Shown here: piece by piece, positions 56,762 to 64,000 of the stretch
Layout of the letters: each line of letters begins with the position of its first letter
Position numbering within the stretch: the first letter of the stretch is position 1
From: an uncultured Planctomycetia bacterium
GTDB taxonomy: Bacteria > Omnitrophota > Gorgyraeia > Tantalellales > Tantalellaceae
NCBI GenBank assembly: GCA_964409365.1
Contig: CAYPCX010000004.1
Location: 21,015-85,014 of the forward strand
Reading direction: 5' to 3'
DNA length: 64,000 nucleotides
Position numbers and translations under genes: made by a program
Notes under the pieces: model-generated
The model's input: only the letters and a program-made list of their open reading frames with translations
Told to the model about the DNA's origin: nothing
Database searches by the model: none

Positions 56762-57076
56762 GTGAAAGAGATGGCTAAAAAAAAGCAGGTAAAGAAGACC
56801 AGGAGAATATTCAAAAAAAGGCCCTGCCGTCTGTGCAAGGAGAAACTGGAGTCTATTGATTACATCAAAGACGTCGATCTTTTGGGCAGGTTCGTTTCGG
56901 ACAGGGGCAAGATCATACCTTCGCGTGTTTCGGGCAACTGCGCCAAACATCAACGCATGGTGTCCAAAGGCATCAAAAAGGCGAGAGTAGCCGCCCTTCT
57001 GCCGTTCGTAAAGATCAAACCCGGGCTCAGCAGGAGAGGCGACAGGGGCGACAGGGGCGACAGGGGGGACAGATGA
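56762..57076 (+). CDS. rpsR: Ribosomal protein bS18 with repeat-encoded C-terminal (RGD)4 tail
   Basis: CRLC...IDYKDVDLL...KHQR S18 motifs; 3' end runs through (GGCGACAGG) 9-mer array. Confidence 0.85.
   Translation: MKEMAKKKQVKKTRRIFKKRPCRLCKEKLESIDYIKDVDLLGRFVSDRGKIIPSRVSGNCAKHQRMVSKGIKKARVAALLPFVKIKPGLSRRGDRGDRGDRGDR
57038..57072. repeat. (GGCGACAGG)x3 + degenerate copy, 9-nt tandem array at rpsR/rplI junction
   Basis: read in sequence. Confidence 0.9.
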
Positions 57077-57516
57077 AGGTCATCCTCCTGAAGGAAGTGG
57101 GCGGCTTAGGCGATATAGGTGATGAAGTGGAGGTCAAGGACGGGTACGCCAGGAACTACCTGATACCCCGGAAGCTCGTGATAGCGTCTACAAAGGGCGC
57201 TCTTAAGATACTGGAGCAGAAGAGGCACCAAAGGGAACGTAAAGAAAAGCAGCTTAAGGAAGAAGCCGAGCGAATAGCCGAGAAACTGGCGAACGTTTCC
57301 TGTACGATCTCCATGGAAGCCGGCGAAGAAGAGAAGCTCTTCGGTTCCGTGACCTCTGAGATGATAGCCGAGAGCCTGCACGGTGAAGGGTTCGAAATAG
57401 ACAAGAAGAACGTTCGGCTGGAAGAACCTATAAAGTCATTAGGCGTGTATAATGTTGACGTTTGGTTGCATTCGGAAGTCAAGGCCCAGATACGTATCTG
57501 GGTCGTTAAAAAATAG
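57073..57516 (+). CDS. rplI: Ribosomal protein bL9
   Basis: MKVILLKEV...[17 protein letters not shown]. Confidence 0.95.
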   Translation: MKVILLKEVGGLGDIGDEVEVKDGYARNYLIPRKLVIASTKGALKILEQKRHQRERKEKQLKEEAERIAEKLANVSCTISMEAGEEEKLFGSVTSEMIAESLHGEGFEIDKKNVRLEEPIKSLGVYNVDVWLHSEVKAQIRIWVVKK

Positions 57517-57560
57517 ATTTTCCTTCCTTGAGATTTAACTCGACAAAGTAGGGTCGTAAA

Positions 57561-58919
57561 ATGGGCACAAAGGCTCTGATCGAGAAAGTACCTCCTCACA
57601 ATATAGAGGCGGAAAGCGAAGTCCTGGGGGCGATGCTGCTTGACAGGGATGCTATAGCCCGTGCGATCGAACTGCGTCTGGAAGATAAGGCTTTTTACAA
57701 CGAAGCCAACAAGGAGATCTTCCGCAGCATACTCAAGCTTTACGACAACAACGAAGTAGTGGATATCGTCACCCTTGCCGAAGAGCTGAAGAAAAGGAGC
57801 GCCCTGGACAAGGTAGGGGGGTATCCTTATGTCACCGAACTCACGAAAAAGGTCCCCACTTCGACGGCTATCGAACACTACGTTAAGATCGTAAGGGAGA
57901 AGTACCTGTTAAGGAACCTTATCAATACGGCCAACCAGATAATATCAGAGAGTTTTGAGCCTTCGAGCGAGGTCGAGGAGCTTCTGGATAAGGCCGAACA
58001 GCTGATATTCGACATAACTTCCGACAAGAGACGGGAAATGAGCGTCTCCGAGATGAAGGACATAGTCAAGGACAGCATAGAGACCATAGACCGCCTTTAC
58101 CAGAGGAAGGAGAACATAACAGGTATCGCCACCGGGTTCCACGATCTTGACGTGATGACGGCGGGTTTGCAGAAAGCGGATTTTATCGTTCTCGCGGGAC
58201 GGCCGTCCATGGGAAAAAGCGCGCTCGCCGCTTCCATCACCGAGTACGCGGGGTTGGTGGAAAAGATCCCCTGCGCGTTCTTCAGTCTCGAGATGTCAAA
58301 AGAACAGCTGGTACAGAGAATGCTCTGTTCGGTGGCCGGGGTCAACGCCCACAAGGTAAGGACCGGGTTCTTTTCGCAATCGGACTGGCCCAAGCTGGTC
58401 AGCGCGGCCGGTAAGCTTTCGGAATCGCCTATTTATATCGACGACACGCCGGCGATATCGGTGCTGGAACTGAGGGCGAAGGCAAGGAGGTTGAAAGCCA
58501 GGTACGACATACGGCTTCTGATCCTGGATTATCTCCAGTTGATGAAAGGGCCTTCGGGCGCGGAAAACCGCCAGCAGGAAATATCGGAGATATCACGTTC
58601 GATGAAAGCCCTTGCGCGTGAGCTCAACGTGCCGGTCATAGCCATAAGCCAGCTTTCCAGAGCGGTCGAGCAAAGGGCCGACCACAGGCCTCAACTTTCC
58701 GATCTCAGGGAATCGGGGGCGATTGAACAGGACGCGGACCTGGTCGTTCTGCTTCTCAGGGAAGAATATTACAATCCCTCGGAGGAGAACAAAGGCCTCG
58801 CGGACGTGATCATCGCGAAACAAAGGCACGGTCCTGTCGGAACGATCAAGCTCGCGTTCCTTTCCGAATATACCAAATTCAGCAATCTTTCAAGGACAGA
58901 CGAAGAAGAGGGCTTTTGA
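57561..58919 (+). CDS. dnaB: Replicative DNA helicase
   Basis: N-terminal PHNIEAE...GAML, Walker A GRPSMGKS, no intein. Confidence 0.95.
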   Translation: MGTKALIEKVPPHNIEAESEVLGAMLLDRDAIARAIELRLEDKAFYNEANKEIFRSILKLYDNNEVVDIVTLAEELKKRSALDKVGGYPYVTELTKKVPTSTAIEHYVKIVREKYLLRNLINTANQIISESFEPSSEVEELLDKAEQLIFDITSDKRREMSVSEMKDIVKDSIETIDRLYQRKENITGIATGFHDLDVMTAGLQKADFIVLAGRPSMGKSALAASITEYAGLVEKIPCAFFSLEMSKEQLVQRMLCSVAGVNAHKVRTGFFSQSDWPKLVSAAGKLSESPIYIDDTPAISVLELRAKARRLKARYDIRLLILDYLQLMKGPSGAENRQQEISEISRSMKALARELNVPVIAISQLSRAVEQRADHRPQLSDLRESGAIEQDADLVVLLLREEYYNPSEENKGLADVIIAKQRHGPVGTIKLAFLSEYTKFSNLSRTDEEEGF

Positions 58920-61240
58920 TGAGAGGTAAAGCTTTTTTGACAGTAATGGTCCTTGTCCTCTTCATTGTGTTTTCATGCGTTCCTTCATGGGCGCAGTATC
59001 CTTCATCCCGAGACTCAAAGCGCATCAGTGACATCAAAATAAAAGGCAACTATTCCGTAAGTACTATCACGATACTGAACAAGCTGAAGATGAAGACCGG
59101 CGATGTGTTCGAAGAAAGCGCGCTCAATAAGGAGCTGAGGCGTCTTTACGCCACCGGTTTTTTCAGCGACGTTTTCGTGGAGACCGAGGACCGGCCGGAA
59201 GGGGTCGTTGTTATCTTCACCGTGGTCGAAAAACCCATTGTAAGCAAGATCGAGTTCCAGGGCAATACCAAGGCCCGGACCGGGCGCCTTATGAAGAAGA
59301 TATCGGTCAAGGAAGGGGATATCCTGGATTTCAGTGTGCTTTCCCGCGACGTGGCCGCGATCAGAAATTATTATATAGAAGAGGGTTACAGCAACGTGAG
59401 GGTCGATTACAGGATCGACACCGACAGGGATACAGGCAGATCCACGCTCGTTTTCGAGATAAACGAGGGAGTCCCTCTGAAGATCAGGTCCATAGCCATA
59501 GAGGGGAACAAGCACATCCCGAACGCCGAGATACTGAAATACATGTCCACTAAGACCGCCTGGTGGTTCATCAGAAAAGGCGCTTATGATCCGGAAAAAC
59601 TACAGGCCGATCTTGACAGGATAAGGTCCCTTTACAGGAGCAAGGGGTTCCTGGATGCCCGTGTTACGAGTAAGACCGATCTTGGCAAGGAGGACAATGA
59701 TATATTGCTCACCGTGATCATCGAGGAGGGCAACCAGTATCAGATAGGTGATATCACCATAAATGGACAGCTGGCGTTCCCGGAACACCAGATACGGGCT
59801 ATGATCAAGTCAAGGCCGGGCGACCCGTTCGATTATCAGAGGATAAAGGAGGATATGGAGGATGTCCGCGCGTTCTACTACGACCGTGGTTATATGAACG
59901 CGGAAATAAACCTCGAGCGCAAATACGACCATGCCACGGGCAGGATGAACCTTATTTATGATATCACGGCCCACGAAGAGGTCTACGTGGGCAAGGTCAA
60001 TATCCTGGGTAACACCAAGACCAGGGACAAGGTCATCCGCAGGGAGCTCAGGGTCTACCCAGGCGACAAATATAACGGTGAAAAGCTCAAGGTCAGTAAG
60101 GAACGCATCTATAACCTGGGCTTCTTCGAGGACGTCTACTTCGAGACCATACCGACCGGCCAGAAGAACGTCAAGGATCTCCACGTGACCGTCAAGGAAA
60201 CAAAGACCGGGGAATTCTCCTTCGGCGGCGGTTACAGTTCTATAGACGCTTTCCTGGGTTTTGTCCAGGTGAACCAGAAGAATTTCGATATATTGAATTT
60301 CCCGACGTTCACCGGCGGCGGCCAGAACCTTACGATAAGAGGCGAAATGGGAAGCGCGAGGACCAATTACCTCCTGAGCTGGACAGACCCGTGGATATTC
60401 GATTACCCGTATCTTTTCGGGTTCGATGTCTACCGGCAGGAACATAAGAGGTACGGTAAGACCGGATACGGGTACGATGAGACCCGTACCGGCGGCGCCC
60501 TGAGGTTCGGCAAGGAAATAACGGATCAGTTAAGCACCGGTCTCATATACAACCTCGAAGAGGTCGATATAGGCAATATCCCGGATAACGCGACGAACGA
60601 TCTTAAAAAAGAAGAAGGCAAGAACTGGATAAGCCGCGTCACATGGAACCTGGGGTATGACTCCAGGGACAATAAGTATTCACCGACACACGGCTGGGTC
60701 GGGAACATCTCACTTGAGAACGCGGGAGGTTTTATAGGCGGGGATAAGGATTTCGTGAAGGGGTTCCTGGATGTCACTTTCTATCACGGTTTCTGGGAGG
60801 ACAATATCGTGCTTTCGCTCAGGGGACGTCTGGGGCTTGGCGACAGTTACGGAGACTCGAACGAAATACCTATTTATGAACGCTTTTTTACCGGCGGCGC
60901 TACGACGCTGCGCGGATATAAACAAAGAGGTGTAGGGCCGCGGGATCTCGGCACCAATACGGCGTTGGGAGGAGAAGCTGTTGTTGTCGGTAACGCAGAG
61001 GTGACATTCCCGATATGGAAGGGCCTTATAAAAGGAGCGGTGTTCTACGATGTAGGTAACCTCTGGGGAAAGATAGAGGACGCTTTCACCACAACGGATT
61101 ACAAGAACGACGTTGGCATCGGGGTGCGCGTAAAAACGCCTATAGGCCCGGTAAAACTGGATTATGGATACCCGCTCAACGATAACCATGACGACAAGAA
61201 GGAAGGCCAATTCTGGTTCAGTGTGAGCCACGGATTCTAA
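58916..61240 (+). CDS. bamA: Outer membrane protein assembly factor BamA (POTRA repeats + Omp85 barrel)
   Basis: signal peptide, 5 POTRA-like modules, C-terminal barrel ending ...WFSVSHGF. Confidence 0.9.
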   Translation: MMRGKAFLTVMVLVLFIVFSCVPSWAQYPSSRDSKRISDIKIKGNYSVSTITILNKLKMKTGDVFEESALNKELRRLYATGFFSDVFVETEDRPEGVVVIFTVVEKPIVSKIEFQGNTKARTGRLMKKISVKEGDILDFSVLSRDVAAIRNYYIEEGYSNVRVDYRIDTDRDTGRSTLVFEINEGVPLKIRSIAIEGNKHIPNAEILKYMSTKTAWWFIRKGAYDPEKLQADLDRIRSLYRSKGFLDARVTSKTDLGKEDNDILLTVIIEEGNQYQIGDITINGQLAFPEHQIRAMIKSRPGDPFDYQRIKEDMEDVRAFYYDRGYMNAEINLERKYDHATGRMNLIYDITAHEEVYVGKVNILGNTKTRDKVIRRELRVYPGDKYNGEKLKVSKERIYNLGFFEDVYFETIPTGQKNVKDLHVTVKETKTGEFSFGGGYSSIDAFLGFVQVNQKNFDILNFPTFTGGGQNLTIRGEMGSARTNYLLSWTDPWIFDYPYLFGFDVYRQEHKRYGKTGYGYDETRTGGALRFGKEITDQLSTGLIYNLEEVDIGNIPDNATNDLKKEEGKNWISRVTWNLGYDSRDNKYSPTHGWVGNISLENAGGFIGGDKDFVKGFLDVTFYHGFWEDNIVLSLRGRLGLGDSYGDSNEIPIYERFFTGGATTLRGYKQRGVGPRDLGTNTALGGEAVVVGNAEVTFPIWKGLIKGAVFYDVGNLWGKIEDAFTTTDYKNDVGIGVRVKTPIGPVKLDYGYPLNDNHDDKKEGQFWFSVSHGF

Positions 61241-61250
61241 CTCGAGGAGG

Positions 61251-61766
61251 ATGAAGATGTGTAGAAACTTTAGAAAAATATTCGTCGGCCTGGTGGCTAT
61301 GTTCATAGCGTTCGGCATGCTGGTGCCTGCGGCATATTCGGCTGAAAAGATCGGTTACGTGGACCTCAGACGCGCATTCTATGACTATGAAAGGACGAAA
61401 ACCTTCGAAGAAGAGCTTAACGCTCTTACCGAGGAGCGCCAGAGCGCCCGCACCAAGAAGATAGAGGTGATCACCAAGATGAGGGACGAGGCCGAACTTC
61501 TCAAAGATAAAGCCAAACAGCAGAAACAGGCAGAGATAGACGCGAAGATAAACGAGCTGCAGGAGTTCGACAGGGAGACCAGGCAGCAGCTTCTTAACAA
61601 GAAGAACGATATGTTCCGGCAGGTCATAGACGACATACAAAAGGTCGTCGAGGACCTCGGTAAAAAGGACAATTACGATTACATCCTTGATTCCCGGAAT
61701 ATCATGTACGGGAAGGAAGAATTCGACCTGACGGACCAGGTGGTCACGCGGCTTAACAAGAAGTAA
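61251..61766 (+). CDS. skp: Periplasmic chaperone Skp (OmpH)
   Basis: signal peptide, coiled-coil rich 170 aa, immediately after bamA. Confidence 0.85.
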   Translation: MKMCRNFRKIFVGLVAMFIAFGMLVPAAYSAEKIGYVDLRRAFYDYERTKTFEEELNALTEERQSARTKKIEVITKMRDEAELLKDKAKQQKQAEIDAKINELQEFDRETRQQLLNKKNDMFRQVIDDIQKVVEDLGKKDNYDYILDSRNIMYGKEEFDLTDQVVTRLNKK

Positions 61767-61780
61767 ACCCTCGCCTTGCC

Positions 61781-62629
61781 ATGTCCGAGAAACAAAAGAC
61801 TATCAGCCGGGAAGCGAACTTTTCGGGGAAAGCCCTCCAGACCGGGCGCGCGGTCAACGTTGTGTGTAAACCTTCCGGTCCGGATTCGGGTATAATTTTT
61901 AAAAGGATGGACCTTGACGGGCAGCCTTCGATACGTGTGGGAGGCCAGATGTTGTCCGAAGGCCCCTCGAGGAGGAGCACCATAGGGCTGGGTGAGGCCG
62001 AGATACAGACCGTTGAACACTTCCTGGCGGCTCTCTGGGGGGTCGGGGTCGACAACGTTCTTGTGGAGATAGACGGGGAGGAACTCCCCGCGTTCGACGG
62101 CAGCGCGCTCACGTTCCTCAAGGGACTGAAAGAAGCTGGATCGGAAGATCAGCCGGCCGAGCGGCGTACGATAAAGGTCCTCGAACCGCAACGGGTGGAG
62201 GAGGGCGGATCGTCACTGGCCGTTTTTCCTGATGGGGGCTTCAGCATAGATTATCTTATCGATTACGATGTAGCTTCAATAGGCCGCGAGAATTTTCATA
62301 TAGAATTGAATAGCGAGTCCTTCGAGAGAGAAATAGCCCCGGCAAGGACTTTTTGCCTCAGGAAAGAGGCGGAGGCGCTTCTCCGTGCGGGCCTGGGACA
62401 GGGGGCCAACCTGGACAACACTCTTGTCATGGATGAGGAAGGCCCTATAGGCACGACATTACGTTTTCCCGATGAACCCGTGCGGCACAAGGTGCTGGAC
62501 CTTGTAGGGGACCTTTATATGCTGGGGCGGCCTGTCGCGGGCAGGTTCGTGGCAGAGAAGTCCGGACACGCGGTCAATGCCCGGATGGTGCGAATTATAT
62601 ATGAAAAGTATATAGTTGGAAGGAGTTAG
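61781..62629 (+). CDS. lpxC: UDP-3-O-acyl-N-acetylglucosamine deacetylase
   Basis: LpxC motifs incl. HKVLDL-type zinc ligand region (RHKVLDLVGDLY). Confidence 0.9.
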   Translation: MSEKQKTISREANFSGKALQTGRAVNVVCKPSGPDSGIIFKRMDLDGQPSIRVGGQMLSEGPSRRSTIGLGEAEIQTVEHFLAALWGVGVDNVLVEIDGEELPAFDGSALTFLKGLKEAGSEDQPAERRTIKVLEPQRVEEGGSSLAVFPDGGFSIDYLIDYDVASIGRENFHIELNSESFEREIAPARTFCLRKEAEALLRAGLGQGANLDNTLVMDEEGPIGTTLRFPDEPVRHKVLDLVGDLYMLGRPVAGRFVAEKSGHAVNARMVRIIYEKYIVGRS

Positions 62630-63090
62630 TGATGAGCGGCAAGACATTAGACATAAAAAAGATCATGGAAAAGATACCGCACAGGTATCCTTTTCTCCTG
62701 GTGGACAGGGTCGTGGATTACGAAGAAGGGAAATGGATAAAGGCGATCAAGAACGTTACCATGAACGAACCCTTTTTCCAGGGGCATTTCCCCGGTGAAC
62801 CGATAATGCCGGGTGTTCTTCAGATCGAGGCGCTGGCACAGGTAGGCGGGATCCTTGCCATGATGGATGATCACACCAAAGGCAAACTGGCCTTTTTCAT
62901 GACCATAGATAACGCGAAGTTCAGGAAACCAGTTACTCCGGGGGACCAACTGCTTTTTCACGTGGAAGTAAAAAAGGTGGTTCGCGGGAGGATCATACAG
63001 ACCCATGGAAAAGCCAGCGTGGACGGTAAAGTAGTGTGCGAAGCGGATCTCATGTTCAGTTTGATCGACAGGGAAGGGCCGGCGGCTTAG
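62629..63090 (+). CDS. fabZ: 3-hydroxyacyl-ACP dehydratase
   Basis: HFPGEPIMPGVLQIEALAQ hot-dog active site. Confidence 0.95.
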   Translation: MMSGKTLDIKKIMEKIPHRYPFLLVDRVVDYEEGKWIKAIKNVTMNEPFFQGHFPGEPIMPGVLQIEALAQVGGILAMMDDHTKGKLAFFMTIDNAKFRKPVTPGDQLLFHVEVKKVVRGRIIQTHGKASVDGKVVCEADLMFSLIDREGPAA

Positions 63091-63092
63091 AC

Positions 63093-63893
63093 ATGAGGAA
63101 GGTGGGATTGATCGCCGGGGAAGGGATATTGCCCCTGGAATTCATCCGGGCGGCCAGGGAACGGGGCGAAAGGGTAATAGTGTTCGGCCTGGAAGGAATG
63201 GCTGACCCCTCGGTCGAAAAGGCAGCGGACAGGGTATACTGGGTCAACATATGGCAGTACAGGAAATTTGTTTTTCTGCTCTTGAAGGAAAGGATCCGCC
63301 GGTTGGCCTTTCTCGGTAAAGTGAAGAAGAACGTGATCTATGACGATAAGAGCAACAATACAGCGGGAAAGACGGAACTGAACCGTTTGCGCGACAGAAA
63401 AGACAGTTCAATATTCAACGAGATCACAAAACGCCTCAAGAAGATAGGGATAGAAGTGATCGAGGGCACGCAGTATCTTTCGCACCTTCTGCCGGAGAAA
63501 GGGGTGTTGAGCCGCACGGTCCCGGACGCCCGCGTGGGGGAAGATATAAAGTTCGGGTATGAGATGGCCAAGAAGCTCGCCGGCATGGATATCGGGCAAA
63601 CGGTGGTCATAAAGGATAAAAGCGTCGTGGCCATAGAGGCTATGGAAGGGACTGACGCCACGATCGAAAGGGCCGGGCGTCTGGCGGGGGAAGGATGCGT
63701 CATGATAAAAGTGAGCCGCCCCGATCAGGACCTGAGATGGGACGTACCTACCGTGGGGCCGAAGACGATGGCAAAACTCGTCGAACAGGGCTTTAGCGCC
63801 CTGGCGATAGAAAGCGGCAGGATGTTCCTGGTAGAGAAAGAAAAAATGGTAGGGATGGCCGACTCGGCTAAAATAGCGGTGAGTGTGATATGA
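63093..63893 (+). CDS. lpxI: UDP-2,3-diacylglucosamine hydrolase LpxI (DUF1009 family)
   Basis: MRKVGLIAGEGILP N-terminus typical of LpxI; located after lpxC-fabZ. Confidence 0.65.
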   Translation: MRKVGLIAGEGILPLEFIRAARERGERVIVFGLEGMADPSVEKAADRVYWVNIWQYRKFVFLLLKERIRRLAFLGKVKKNVIYDDKSNNTAGKTELNRLRDRKDSSIFNEITKRLKKIGIEVIEGTQYLSHLLPEKGVLSRTVPDARVGEDIKFGYEMAKKLAGMDIGQTVVIKDKSVVAIEAMEGTDATIERAGRLAGEGCVMIKVSRPDQDLRWDVPTVGPKTMAKLVEQGFSALAIESGRMFLVEKEKMVGMADSAKIAVSVI

Positions 63894-64000
63894 ACGATTA
63901 TCCGGACCTTCTTAAGATAGACACGGAACAGAAGACGGAAGAACTGGTAAAAAGGCTGAAAGAAGTCTTTCAGGGGAAGGGTTTCTCAAAGGCCGTCATC
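63890..64000 (+). CDS. 3'-truncated ORF (N-terminal 37 aa only; function unresolved)
   Basis: ATGA overlap with lpxI stop; MNDYPDLLKIDTEQKTEELVKRLKEVFQGKGFSKAVI; too short to classify. Confidence 0.25.
   Translation, partial: MNDYPDLLKIDTEQKTEELVKRLKEVFQGKGFSKAVI

Overview
64 kb from a diderm bacterium (BamA, Skp, LpxC, LpxI, FabZ present), about 50-55% GC, almost entirely plus-strand coding. The gene content (Rnf complex, split transketolase, a giant ORF, a very repeat-rich intergenome) is compatible with an uncultivated candidate-phylum lineage such as Omnitrophota. That assignment is inference only.

Recognisable blocks:
(i) 1-4.7 kb: an exopolysaccharide-type cluster (QxxRW GT2 synthase, secreted GH-A hydrolase, GT-B transferase, SDR epimerase).
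(ii) 4.8-10.7 kb: a c-di-GMP signalling operon (PilZ, HEAT-repeat protein, degenerate HD-GYP, PAS histidine kinase).
(iii) 10.7-11.8 kb: about 1 kb of non-coding repeat and hairpin sequence around tRNA-Phe.
(iv) 11.8-19.4 kb: TauE/SafE, tRNA-Thr, MFS transporter, and a complete rnfCDGEA-rnfB operon. The operon is interrupted between rnfA and rnfB by one arm of a 120-bp inverted repeat.
(v) 19.4-23 kb: purN, eno, ftsB-like, HPP-family, and a PfkB kinase on the minus strand.
(vi) 23.3-32.0 kb: one giant 2,897-aa ORF. It fuses a FabD-like acyltransferase, a degenerate protein-kinase domain, several transmembrane blocks, sigma-70 region-4-like HTHs, four RNAP-alpha-CTD-like HhH repeats and a class-I SAM methyltransferase. 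This is the most unusual element in the window.
(vii) 32-64 kb: tRNA-Met, purB/M/D/E, LMW-PTP, rpiB, glyA, dCMP deaminase, nrdR, ppiD-like (minus strand), DhnA-type aldolase plus Zn-ADH, hisG, TPR protein, a split transketolase interrupted by an FtsH-like protease and a lipoprotein, ispE, spoVG (with a zinc-ribbon tail), tRNA-Gln, glmU, prs, rplY, pth, rpsF, ssb, rpsR, rplI, dnaB, bamA, skp, lpxC, fabZ, lpxI.

A striking sequence-level feature is pervasive degenerate heptanucleotide tandem arrays (STRR-like) in nearly every longer intergenic spacer. Some of them run into coding termini.
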